DNA of 64,000 nt, from positions 96,001 to 160,000 of the forward strand of contig CBDVDR010000003.1 in NCBI GenBank assembly GCA_965372795.1. The letters are read 5' to 3'. The stretch's first letter is position 1; each line of letters opens with the position of its first letter. Of this stretch, positions 18,536 through 28,682 are shown one piece after another. The translations under genes were made by a program, and so were the position numbers. Origin of the DNA: an uncultured bacterium. Its GTDB lineage: Bacteria; Zixibacteria; MSB-5A5; GN15; FEB-12. A model generated the notes under the pieces. That model searched no databases. It was not told the origin of the DNA and was given only the letters and a program-made list of their open reading frames with translations.

Positions 18536-21373
18536 TTAATATTGATTATAAGGACCCTCAGCCCGACTTCCGAACCCGGGACCATACAAAATTGCATTTA
18601 TAAATAATTTTCGCGATCCAAAGAAATAAGCTCTCATATTTGGATGTTGCGGAAATAATATCAGCTGGCCTTTGCCTTTCGATTCATGGGTTGCATAAGC
18701 GGTTTCAGCCAGTCTTTCGCGGGCTTCGTTCCATAGCAAACCTGAAATTCTTAGATTGTTATAAGTGTCAAGTCTGGCTGAAGTCACAATCGGTTTTTTT
18801 GCCATCAATGCCCGACTGCCATTGAACATAACCGGCACACTTTTACCCATTCCAAAAGTCATCCAATCTTCTTTATCAAGAATCGCATTTAGAATCACTC
18901 CACCCGGTGAGAATTTTCTCTGCCACTCATCAAGGTCTTCAAGTTCTTTCTTGGATAACTTTGGTTTATCCTCTTTCTTTTTATCTGTCTTTTTGACTTT
19001 TTCAGGATACCAAAGAGCCATCGTATCGACCGGAGGAGCTTCTGCATGTTTCACCCGATCAAGGGCTTTGTCGTAGACATCCAGTTTTTCAAGAACATTC
19101 CGTTTTGCTCTGGCTTGTGAAAGTCCGGTCGCTGAATCGGCAGCCCAGAAAGCGGCATTGCCAACACAAATTAAAGTTCCGCCCGAGTTAACCCAATTTT
19201 CGATTTTCTTTTTTGTTTGTCCGCTCAATTGTGAAGAAAGATTTCCCCACGCCGGAGGTAATATAAGAACATTATATTTGTCAATGTCAGTATAGGGCAG
19301 CGATGCGAACCTGATCAGTGAATGTGGAATTTTTAATTCTTTATCAATTGCAAACCAAAGAGCGCCAAAAGAACTAATACCGAGAGGTTCACCGGTTAAC
19401 AAGGCAACCTTAGGTTGCTTTAACATTCTGAAAGTTGGAGCCGATAAAAATGATCCCATCGAAGAACTGCCGGTATTGACTCCAAAAACATCTATGCCTA
19501 TCTCTTCTGCAATATTACTCAATAATTGAGAAGTATGATCAGGGTTGCCTCGCCGTCTTATTACCAATGATCCTGGATTAAAATTGTTTCCATCAATAGT
19601 AAATTCTTTTTCAGAGGCGTAGATCAATAGATTTTCACTAAATAGCCGATTCAGGAACAGATATGTTTTTTCGCCAACCATATTAACAACCCAGGCAAAA
19701 CTGGCCTTGGCGTTGAACATCTTTCCGGACCTTGTTGAAACTTCATCAATATTTTTCGATGAAACAGAAATTTTAGAAGTTGTCCAATAGGCTTCAATAT
19801 CATAGGCAAGTGGTACATTCCAGGTTGATACTTCATACATTTTAGTTTCATCATATTTTTCAAGTTCCCGCCGTTCCTCTTTCAAATATTCTAAATTAAG
19901 ATGCGGGTCAAATTCAAGCACAGCCTTGGCTAACGCCCCTGTTGGCTGGGCGGTCGATACAATATAAGTTCCCATTGGGAACTCTTTAGAAGATGCTGTT
20001 TTTCCGTATGAGTCGGTAGAGCTACTGACTGTAAAAGACTTCTCAGCTTGCAAAACCGCGATACCCTGATTGATTAACGATTCGATAAACTTTTTAGTCT
20101 TAAGTTCATCCTCATCCGGAATAAATAGAAATTTTAACCCTGAACGAGTTCCTTCATCAACGATTTTCTTTCGGGTTTGATAATAGTCCTCAAGTAATTC
20201 AGGACGATTATTGGCGAGTGAAAATAGATTTGTTAACGATGAGGTGAACTGATGGTTAACAGCTTCATGATAAGTTAAAAGATACCCATTAGGCTGTTTG
20301 ACAAACATCCCGTCAACCCCAGCCTGCTCATAGAGAATTCCAATTGAACCAAAATAGGTTGCCCAGGCTGATCCATAACCGGGATACCATTGTTCATGCC
20401 ATTCGCCCACGTAGTAGGGCCAACCGCGTTCATCAAAGGCAGTCGCTTGATCTTTACTGAAAACCTGCCACCATTTTCTTACATTACTTGGAGTATTATA
20501 GTTTACCGGTTCACGCGGTGGAGTGAAAAGATAATTATCACCCGTTCCCATTTCATGGGCATCAACAACCAGTTGAGGATTCCATCTTAAAATAGTTTGA
20601 AGTTTCCCTTTTGTTTCCGGCTGAGTCAGTAAAATCCAATCACGGTTTAAATCAAAAAGGTAATGATTGCCACGACCCCAGGGCCAGACACCCTGATGCT
20701 GCATGGCATGACGGTCATAGTTTGGCACCGAACTTTGATAAGTCTGAAGCATGGAGAGATATCTTTCACGACCATCAGGGTTTTGAATCGGGTCAATCAC
20801 CATTACAACATTATCCAAAAGGTGCAAGGTTACAGAATCCTGTGCGGCAGCAAGATGGTAGATCAATTGCATCGCCGCATCAACACCGGAAATTTCATCG
20901 CCGTGAATGCTATACCCCAGCCAGGCTGAAGCGGGAAGTGAGGCAGCGATTTCATTTACTTGTTTAATATTTGAGATTTGATCGGGGTTTCCCAGTTTGT
21001 TTAGTTGTAATCTAATCTCTTCGAGATTGCCAATATTATTTTCCGATGAGATTATAACATTAAAAAGATCGCGTTCCTCATGTGATTGTCCGTGAGTTTC
21101 GATGATAACTCGATCAGATGTATTGGCAATCATAATAATATATGAAACTATCTCATGATATCTTGAGGGCCATTGTCCGATTTTATTTTTAAAATGTTCA
21201 TTCGGAGCAGGAATAGCCAAGTCATAAACCGCACCGGGATAAAATGGCATTGTATCAATTACTACTTGCTTTGAATATGAAGGATGAGGAGCGGCTGTAA
21301 TGTTTCCACTAATAATAAGCAGAATCAATACTAAAAATACTGAGGTAAATGTAATTTGGCGTAGTTTTGTCAT
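18536..21373 (-). CDS. M14 zinc carboxypeptidase family protein
   Basis: IHGDE, NPDGRER, DLNRDW and DAHEMG zinc/substrate motifs; signal peptide. Confidence 0.9.
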   Translation of the reverse strand: MTKLRQITFTSVFLVLILLIISGNITAAPHPSYSKQVVIDTMPFYPGAVYDLAIPAPNEHFKNKIGQWPSRYHEIVSYIIMIANTSDRVIIETHGQSHEERDLFNVIISSENNIGNLEEIRLQLNKLGNPDQISNIKQVNEIAASLPASAWLGYSIHGDEISGVDAAMQLIYHLAAAQDSVTLHLLDNVVMVIDPIQNPDGRERYLSMLQTYQSSVPNYDRHAMQHQGVWPWGRGNHYLFDLNRDWILLTQPETKGKLQTILRWNPQLVVDAHEMGTGDNYLFTPPREPVNYNTPSNVRKWWQVFSKDQATAFDERGWPYYVGEWHEQWYPGYGSAWATYFGSIGILYEQAGVDGMFVKQPNGYLLTYHEAVNHQFTSSLTNLFSLANNRPELLEDYYQTRKKIVDEGTRSGLKFLFIPDEDELKTKKFIESLINQGIAVLQAEKSFTVSSSTDSYGKTASSKEFPMGTYIVSTAQPTGALAKAVLEFDPHLNLEYLKEERRELEKYDETKMYEVSTWNVPLAYDIEAYWTTSKISVSSKNIDEVSTRSGKMFNAKASFAWVVNMVGEKTYLFLNRLFSENLLIYASEKEFTIDGNNFNPGSLVIRRRGNPDHTSQLLSNIAEEIGIDVFGVNTGSSSMGSFLSAPTFRMLKQPKVALLTGEPLGISSFGALWFAIDKELKIPHSLIRFASLPYTDIDKYNVLILPPAWGNLSSQLSGQTKKKIENWVNSGGTLICVGNAAFWAADSATGLSQARAKRNVLEKLDVYDKALDRVKHAEAPPVDTMALWYPEKVKKTDKKKEDKPKLSKKELEDLDEWQRKFSPGGVILNAILDKEDWMTFGMGKSVPVMFNGSRALMAKKPIVTSARLDTYNNLRISGLLWNEARERLAETAYATHESKGKGQLILFPQHPNMRAYFFGSRKLFINAILYGPGFGSRAEGPYNQY

Positions 21374-21467
21374 AGGTCGCTCCTTTGAATTATGATTATT
21401 TATTATAATAAAATGTGAAGTTAGTTCAGAGTAAAGCGATATTTGAATGGAAAATTAAAATGTGAAA

Positions 21468-22559
21468 TTATTTTTCTGATGTCTCCGGTGCGACAGGCAG
21501 TTCTTCATCTTCCGGGTGAAGTTTGAATTCGAAAATACGAAGCAAAGTGATAAAAAATGCGGCTATCATTGGACCGATTACGATTCCAAGAAGACCAAAA
21601 ATATAGATACCGCCTAAAATTGCAAAAAACAAAATCAGCGGATGGATTTGAGTTCGACCTGAAATTAAATATGGTCTCACGACATTATCGGTTTGACTGA
21701 TTACCAGAGTACCAATGGCAATGACCACAATTCCGGAAATGTATGATCCCCCAAGAATCAAAATCATTCCAGCCGGAACATAAATTATAAAGGCACCTAC
21801 AAATGGTATGATAGCCAGGAATGCCATAATCGCACCCCAGAAAATTGCAGATGGGATTCCTACGGCAAAAAACAGTAAACCGCCAAGCACACCTTGTAGG
21901 AGTGCAATTGCAATACCGCCATACATCGTTGCCTGTATGACTTCGCGAAGCTGTTCAAAACTTCGGTCGATTTGATCCTGAGTAAGAGGCATCAACCGCT
22001 TTATTTTGTTAATTAGTTCTTCTCCATCTTTGAAAAAATAATACATGGAAAAGATCATGAGGAAGAAATAGAACACCGCTTTGGTGCCATTGGCAATTAA
22101 CCAGCTTGTCTGACTTAGGATTGCGCTGCTGATATTGTCGATAGAATCCTTGATTATTTCCTTAGTGTCTATTTGTGATATATCATAATAAGCTGAAAGT
22201 TTTTCTTTGACTGAATTTACAATCGGAATATCAAAGGCAAGGATGTCATCTAACTCACCTTCCTGATACATGGTGTTAACTTTTGTCACCGCATCAGCAG
22301 CTTCCTGCACCAAAGCAGAAAAAAGATACCCTAAGGGTCCAATGATTAGAACGATGATTAAAAAACAGAGAATGATCGAGGCTAATCTTTTTGATTTTAT
22401 TTTTTTACAAAGCCTTTCATACAATGGGAAGAAAACGATCACCAACACCGATGCCCATGCGATGGGAACAAAAAATGGAACAATGATACGATAGAAAAGA
22501 TAGAATACGACCGCGGCAATTAGAAAAAATAAAGTTATTAATAAATATTCTCGTTTCAT
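21468..22559 (-). CDS. AI-2E family transporter
   Basis: Multi-TM; DNVVRPYLISGRTQIHPLILFFAILGG..FG..GIVIGP motif. Confidence 0.9.
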   Translation of the reverse strand: MKREYLLITLFFLIAAVVFYLFYRIIVPFFVPIAWASVLVIVFFPLYERLCKKIKSKRLASIILCFLIIVLIIGPLGYLFSALVQEAADAVTKVNTMYQEGELDDILAFDIPIVNSVKEKLSAYYDISQIDTKEIIKDSIDNISSAILSQTSWLIANGTKAVFYFFLMIFSMYYFFKDGEELINKIKRLMPLTQDQIDRSFEQLREVIQATMYGGIAIALLQGVLGGLLFFAVGIPSAIFWGAIMAFLAIIPFVGAFIIYVPAGMILILGGSYISGIVVIAIGTLVISQTDNVVRPYLISGRTQIHPLILFFAILGGIYIFGLLGIVIGPMIAAFFITLLRIFEFKLHPEDEELPVAPETSEK

Positions 22560-22980
22560 AATTATAATTTTCGGAAAAAGTCTTCAGTTATCTACTAAAA
22601 TCATTCAAAAAATATTGTACAGAAATATTCAATTTTTAAATTTTCAGGGCAAGTACCAAATTTATAGACCCGTATACCCGATATTAAAAGATAAAAATAT
22701 CCCCGTAAAGTCTAATACAACAACAATATAACAATTATATGAGAGGGGTATATTTTCTAAGATTATTCCAGAAATATACATAATCTCCAAAAACTGTCAT
22801 TTTTTGTGTAAAAAACGAATGTGTAATAAATGATACATTTACATTATTTATTAAAAAAGTTAATCAGTTGGTATTAAGGATGTTAAGAACGGGTCGATAA
22901 TTTTATTAAGTTTAAATTAAAGGACAAAACTTGTTAAAGAGTTTTAGTCCAAGTTTCAATGACTCAAACAAGGAGTTCTT

Positions 22981-23403
22981 ATGCCAGTAAGAAAAACACG
23001 TTCCACTAAACGTACTGCTACTACACGTCGCAAAGCCGTCACAAGTCGCAGTGCTTCAACTCGTCGCGTCCACAAAGTAAATCGTCCGTGGACAAGAGAA
23101 GAAGTTTCATTCATGCGTAAATATTATCGCAAATTTGAAACTGCATGGTGTGCCCGTCAGATGGGTCGTACAGTTTATTCAGTACGTTACAAAGCCGTCG
23201 ATTTGGGTATTAAAAAAGCCAGCCCTTCCGTATGGAAAGGTAATCGTGGAACTGCCGGTTCTTTTAAAGCTTGCTGTAAAGGTCGCGTTGCTACTACTCG
23301 TAAAGCTACAACTCGTCGTTCAACAACTAAACGCACTTACCGTGCAACTTCAAAACGTCGCACTACTCGTAAAGCTGCCCCACGCAGAACTAACAGACGC
23401 TAA
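22981..23403 (+). CDS. Arg/Lys/Thr-rich basic protein with central Myb/SANT-like helix-turn-helix
   Basis: RBS aaggag; 29 R + 16 K vs 4 D/E in 140 aa; core PWTREEVSFMRKYY....CARQMGRTVYSVRYKAVDLGI; own terminator. Confidence 0.75.
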   Translation: MPVRKTRSTKRTATTRRKAVTSRSASTRRVHKVNRPWTREEVSFMRKYYRKFETAWCARQMGRTVYSVRYKAVDLGIKKASPSVWKGNRGTAGSFKACCKGRVATTRKATTRRSTTKRTYRATSKRRTTRKAAPRRTNRR

Positions 23404-23427
23404 ACAAATATATTTATATATTGTTTT

Positions 23428-23457
23428 AAGACCTGCCATTTGGCAGGTCTTTTTTTT
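23428..23457 (+). terminator. Intrinsic terminator
   Basis: aagacctgcca-tt-tggcaggtctt followed by T-run. Confidence 0.85.
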
Positions 23458-23507
23458 GTGCTTTTTTCTGTGCTGGTTTCGTATACTTAGAAAAAATTGG
23501 AGGAGAT

Positions 23508-23855
23508 ATGCCGGTTATTAAATATAACGAAATTGACCGAACCGATGTAAATATCGAAGGGGTAAAAAGTATTACCAAAGCTCGGGTGATAACCGATGAG
23601 CACGGATGGGATGGACATTGTCTGCGGGTTTTTGTGATTGGTAAAGACGGGTTCACACCCGAACATTCGCATGACTGGGAACATGTGATTCATGTTATCA
23701 AAGGAAACGGCGAGGTTACAATTGACGGGACCAAACATGATTTGAGTGAACGGGATTTTGTTTATGTCCCGCCAAATTCGATTCATCAGTTCAAAAACCG
23801 AAATGATATGGATTTTGAATTTATTTGTATAGTCCCAAAAAAGGGTGATAATTAG
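23508..23855 (+). CDS. Cupin domain protein
   Basis: PEHSHDWEHVIHVIKG and VYVPPNSIHQF cupin motifs; RBS ggagg. Confidence 0.9.
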   Translation: MPVIKYNEIDRTDVNIEGVKSITKARVITDEHGWDGHCLRVFVIGKDGFTPEHSHDWEHVIHVIKGNGEVTIDGTKHDLSERDFVYVPPNSIHQFKNRNDMDFEFICIVPKKGDN

Positions 23856-24060
23856 TCCCTGTAGGGTATTTATATATTACTTTGAGAATTATCATTGTAA
23901 ATTATTTCGCAGGACGGGTATCTCTTTTCATGGAGCCCTGACCAATACAGATAACAATATCAAGGTGAAAGTGCTTGCCATTCAGAAGTGGATTTTATAT
24001 ATATAATCTCAATATTTTAAAGATATACTTTGTGAAATAATCAAAGTACCGATGTTATAT

Positions 24061-24133
<73 letters not shown>

Positions 24134-24348
24134 TATTTTTATTCTGTTCAAACGAGTTAACCCAATCTGATTATATTTAACAGTAAAATATTTATTCAAT
24201 AGAATGATGATTTAACTAAATGTTCTTATAGGGGAAGTTATGAAAACTAGATTTAATTTGATAATTAAATTTACTTGGTATATGATATTTGGTTCAATAT
24301 TGCTTAATTTTCATTCAATCACTTTAGCAAACAGTGTGGATTTGAACT

Positions 24349-24456
24349 CTCAAACATCAAATGATTATAGTAGCCATTTCAGAAACTATTCATATTCAAA
24401 AAGAAATTGATGACGTAATTGACGAATATGGAGGGTTGCCTGATGCTTTTAGGTAA
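24349..24456 (+). pseudogene. C-terminal remnant of a type ISP / N6-methylase restriction-modification gene
   Basis: Translates LKHQMIIVAISETIHIQKEIDDVIDEYGGLPDAFR*, resembling the remembered type ISP tail (HYQKIVVALxETIRLMxEIDxVIxxHGGWP); stops upstream in frame. Confidence 0.55.
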
Positions 24457-24501
24457 AAAGAAAATTTATTATATTGAAATAAATTAACACAAGGTGTCAA
24501 A

Positions 24502-25398
24502 TTGGAAAAGAATGAAGTAGATTTTTGTATTGAAATAAATTTTAGCAAGAATTCAGAGCAACCAAGCAGAGTTTTTCAAACAATGTCGAATCTAATAGAA
24601 TCTTTCGAAAAAATTGATGAAAATCTAATAGGTTCCATACATTCAGATTTAAAAACAGTTTTGATATTAGAGGATATTGAAAGTGGTTCTATTAGGGCAT
24701 GGTTAAGAAATAAAATCGAGAATTTAGATGATGAGATGTTAAAAAGCGGTGATTATAAGAAAATAGTTGGACATTATCTTGTAAAATCGAAGTATTACGT
24801 CATTGATTTTCTTCATGGCAAAACTAAAATATCAAGCAAAGAAGAAATAGACGAACTTCAAAATAATTTACTTCAACTAGCACAAGATACAGATATGTTA
24901 TATTTACCAAGTTATGCACCCATGAGTACTACACAATTACTTAAAAGTATTGATAATATAACAACTTCATTATCTCCTTTGTCTTCTGATGATATTGTTA
25001 CTTATTTAACAAATGACGAGAAAATAAATTTTAATCCAGAATTCAACTATATTCCTGAAGAAATTGAAGAATTGATCACCAAAGAATTAGTAACTAACGA
25101 AATTACAATTATTCTTAAAGTTAAAAAACCAGATTATCTAGGTGAGTCTCAGTGGGAATTTAAACATGGAAATAGTCCCATTAATGCTAAAATCACTGAT
25201 GTTGAGTGGTTACGCAACTTTCAACAAAGGGAAATAGATGTAAGGCCACAGGATTCAATTAAAGCTAAAGTAAAACAAATTATATGTTATGATTATGATC
25301 ATAATCCCATATCAACAAAACATGAAATAGTAAAAATCTTCCAAATAATCCGTGCAGAAAATAATGAACAGGGAGATATTTTCGAAGGCAATGATTAA
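24502..25398 (+). CDS. Hypothetical protein (298 aa), cargo of tRNA-linked cassette 1
   Basis: Long AT-rich ORF, TTG start after aaggtg; no recognisable motif. Confidence 0.7.
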   Translation: MEKNEVDFCIEINFSKNSEQPSRVFQTMSNLIESFEKIDENLIGSIHSDLKTVLILEDIESGSIRAWLRNKIENLDDEMLKSGDYKKIVGHYLVKSKYYVIDFLHGKTKISSKEEIDELQNNLLQLAQDTDMLYLPSYAPMSTTQLLKSIDNITTSLSPLSSDDIVTYLTNDEKINFNPEFNYIPEEIEELITKELVTNEITIILKVKKPDYLGESQWEFKHGNSPINAKITDVEWLRNFQQREIDVRPQDSIKAKVKQIICYDYDHNPISTKHEIVKIFQIIRAENNEQGDIFEGND

Positions 25399-25682
25399 CT
25401 TCAATATTATTGTTTTTGTTTTGATCATTTAGATCTTTGATGCAGGATAATTAGTAATATTATCCACACTCAACATTTAACTAGTAATAATTATATCAAT
25501 TAAGAAGAAAACAGCAACTTACTATTTTCTCCGTGCCATTTTCTTGAGACCACCGGATATTTAATTAAATATTAGTAATAAAGGAGAAGAAATGGCACAA
25601 TTATCTTTTTCCAGTCTTATAAATCAGATAGCGGATGATGGTCACGATACTGAATGTATTGAAAAGTTTCAGTTCGTGCTCT

Positions 25683-25802
25683 TAACCACCGGATCCATTA
25701 AACCAGGCTTTGCCTGTTCGATCCCTGGATGGCGTATATTTTTATTCTGTTCAAACGAGTTATCGCAGACTGATTTTATTTAACAGTAAAAGATTTATAC
25801 AA
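25683..25802 (+). repeat. Second copy of tRNA-Lys 3' end plus downstream flank (att-like)
   Basis: 25716-25762 is identical over 47 bp to 24113-24159, and similarity continues to about 25802; 25683-25716 resembles 28202-28234. Confidence 0.9.
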
Positions 25803-25972
25803 ACGACCAAGGATAGCTGTGGTTGTTTATTTGATGGAATTTAATTTAATCGTAGGGTAGAGTAGTATTGGAAGAGTTTTTGTCGATTGACAATAATGGT
25901 ATTATTGGTATATATACAGTGGATGGAGTAAGAGCACGCCCTATATGTACAACTTATTTTGTAACTTATCAA

Positions 25973-26008
25973 TTGACAAACACTTACAATCTCATATATT
26001 GTAAGTGT
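25973..26008 (+). promoter_or_regulatory. Sigma70-like promoter overlapped by an 11-bp inverted repeat (putative operator)
   Basis: ttgaca-N16-tatatt; acacttacaat (25980-25990) and attgtaagtgt (25998-26008). Confidence 0.5.
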
Positions 26009-26034
26009 AAAATACATTTATCATTAAGTCCATT

Positions 26035-28176
26035 ATGATTAAAAATGTAATTATTATTATTCTGACAATATGTGTATCAATCAATGCACAAAATCAATTA
26101 TCCTTAAAACAGAACTTGACTGTTCTATCCTGTCCAGATCCAAAACCGGTAATGTTTACTTTATTTGGTCCACATACAATTTCTCCCGGTGAAGTTATCG
26201 GAGACAGACTTATGGGAATAGTCGAAAATATAGGTTCTGATACAACAGGATTATTGAGTGTAGGTATATATTTTTCACAAGATTCTATCATAACAACATC
26301 AGATGATTTGTTATTATACGGAAGAGAATTTTTAGGATCCATTCCTTCTGGAGGTGCGAGCCTGATTTCATTCTATGATTCTTTATTAATTCCGGGTGAT
26401 TATCCACTTGGAACCACATATTTGGGAATTATCATTGATGATATAAATACAATTGCTGAATGTGATGAGAATAATAATGCACTTTTTATTACGCTAACGA
26501 TTTCAACGCAAGCATCATCAAAACTTTTGGTACCAACTGTGTATCCGACAATCATGGCTGCCATAGCTGCTGCGTTTCCATACGACACAATTGAAATATC
26601 AGCAGGGGAGTATGATGAAGAAATAATTATCGATAAAGATTTAGTAATAATTGGTGCTGGGCAGGAGAATACTATTCTAAAAAATTCTCTTACTGATATC
26701 CATATTATGTCTATCTCAAATGCTGAAGTAGAAATTCAAAATTTACAATTTCGCGGATGGTATACTCAACCGGATTGGTTAAGCCGGGCTATTGATGTTG
26801 AATTTAGCAATCTATCGGTTACTAATTGTCTGTTTTTTGAAATTGGTAATTATTGTATCTACTCGCAAGAGAGTATCTTGGATATTGATAATATTGAAAT
26901 GGAAGTTACTATTGGAATTAGTGATGTAGGTATCCAGTTTTGGGATTCCGAATGCAAGATAGGAAATAGCCGTGGTGGCAATAAAATAGATCATGTCTTT
27001 GATGCTCGTGGTTATTCAAGAGGGGTTATTGAAAATAATATTATTGATGGTTCAGCTATTTATTGGGGGCAGGGTATTCGAGTCATGGATAGCTCTGTAA
27101 TTTTTATCAGAAATAATGTGATAATTGGGCAGCATGATGAAAATACAGTGATCTCCGAAACAGGCCCGATCCCATCAGCTATTGCATATGATGGCCATTG
27201 GCTTGATTTCTCGTACGTAGAAATTTATAATAATATTATGCAGGGTTTTATTTATGGTTTGTATGCCGGTTCCAGATCTACTGGAAAAGTTTATAATAAT
27301 ATTATCAGCAACAATGTTATTTATGGTATCAAAACCGGTCTATTAGACAACGAAACTATTATTGATCTGGGTGGTGGTGGTTTTGCCAGTGTGGGTAATA
27401 ATTTAATCGAAAACAATGGTGACGGCAATTTTTGGAATCAAAATGCCGGTTCTGTGTCTGCTAAACATAACTATTGGGGTTCTTACGATTCTACAGTTAT
27501 TGACAACACCATTTATGATAATGAAGAAGATGTTACAGTAGGTGAAGTATACTTTATGCCTTATGGGTATTATACTAATACAGGTTCCAACGTTATGTTA
27601 GATTTAGGGAATGGAATATCGATAACTTTTAATTCCATTGTTGAAGCGGGAGTAACATCTGCAGATACGAGTAACAGTGGGCCGGAACCTCCCGAGAATT
27701 TCTTGTTGGTTCCATCTTCTCCGCCGCTATATTTTAATATTAATTCCAGTGCTGACTACTCGGGCAGTATTGAAATTTGCATTGCTTATAATGAATCTGA
27801 CATTTCTGGAAATGAATCCTTGTTACAGCTTAATAAATATTTTAATGGAGAATGGGTGGATATTACATCATCACTCGATATTTTGAACAACATTATTTGT
27901 GGTATATCATATTCACTGTCGATGTTTGTATTTGTAGAGCCGATTCTTTGTTGCAATTTATCTGGTGATGCGAACAATGATGACGAAGTAGGAATTTCCG
28001 ATCTTACATTCTTTGTTGACTATATGTTTATTCCCGGATCCCCAGGTCCTGATTGTTTCGAAGAATTTGATAACAATGGTGATTGTGAATTAGGAATCTC
28101 CGATTTAACATACTTTGTAGACTATATGTTTGTTCCAGGTTCCATACCTCCAGTAGATTGTCATGGGTGTAAATAA
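26035..28176 (+). CDS. Secreted CARDB-like + right-handed beta-helix protein with dockerin-like C-terminus
   Basis: Signal peptide; IAECDENNN CARDB-like end; VPTVYPTIMAAI..DTIEISAGEYDE beta-helix start and Asn-rich repeats; CCNLSGDANND..SDLTFFVDYMF. Confidence 0.8.
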   Translation: MIKNVIIIILTICVSINAQNQLSLKQNLTVLSCPDPKPVMFTLFGPHTISPGEVIGDRLMGIVENIGSDTTGLLSVGIYFSQDSIITTSDDLLLYGREFLGSIPSGGASLISFYDSLLIPGDYPLGTTYLGIIIDDINTIAECDENNNALFITLTISTQASSKLLVPTVYPTIMAAIAAAFPYDTIEISAGEYDEEIIIDKDLVIIGAGQENTILKNSLTDIHIMSISNAEVEIQNLQFRGWYTQPDWLSRAIDVEFSNLSVTNCLFFEIGNYCIYSQESILDIDNIEMEVTIGISDVGIQFWDSECKIGNSRGGNKIDHVFDARGYSRGVIENNIIDGSAIYWGQGIRVMDSSVIFIRNNVIIGQHDENTVISETGPIPSAIAYDGHWLDFSYVEIYNNIMQGFIYGLYAGSRSTGKVYNNIISNNVIYGIKTGLLDNETIIDLGGGGFASVGNNLIENNGDGNFWNQNAGSVSAKHNYWGSYDSTVIDNTIYDNEEDVTVGEVYFMPYGYYTNTGSNVMLDLGNGISITFNSIVEAGVTSADTSNSGPEPPENFLLVPSSPPLYFNINSSADYSGSIEICIAYNESDISGNESLLQLNKYFNGEWVDITSSLDILNNIICGISYSLSMFVFVEPILCCNLSGDANNDDEVGISDLTFFVDYMFIPGSPGPDCFEEFDNNGDCELGISDLTYFVDYMFVPGSIPPVDCHGCK

Positions 28177-28201
28177 TATAATAACTATTTAAATGATATC
28201 A

Positions 28202-28292
28202 TAACCATCGGATCCATCAACCAGGTTTTGCCTGCGAGACCCTGGATGGCGTATATTATTATTCTGTTCAAACGAGTTAACCCAATCTGATT
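28202..28292 (+). repeat. Third copy of tRNA-Lys 3' end plus downstream flank (att-like)
   Basis: 28240-28292 matches 24120-24172 at 52/53 positions. Confidence 0.9.
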
Positions 28293-28682
28293 GTAAAGAA
28301 ATAAATTGTGAGTTGGACATTCATAAATTATTAATCTTCACATTAACAAATGCGAGTTTTAACAGAAGATTTAATTCAACATCATAACTTTCCCTAAAGA
28401 TTATAACGAGAAATAAAGAGATAGATATCCATATAAATCATGTCTTATTTGTACTGTTTCCTTAAGTTTTTATTAAAAAATCCAAAATAGTTAGTGCATT
28501 AAAAATTTAATTTAATATATTCAATCCCATTGGAGTATGTTAATAATTTCACAAGCCCTATCTGAAGGACTACAACATTTTGATATCAACAGCGATTAAA
28601 ACTACTTATCCTCCAGTAATATTTATATCTTTTATAAAATTTAAAATCATTGTAATTAATAATAAAAATGTAGGGAATCATT

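Noticed and set aside
23900..23990. Relatively GC-rich intergenic patch considered as a riboswitch or ncRNA
   Set aside because: I could not match it to any family or find a convincing structure; an Rfam search is needed.
25592..25783. 63-aa ORF with strong RBS considered as a real gene
   Set aside because: Its second half is the arm and tRNA-derived repeat read as codons; more likely a truncated stub.
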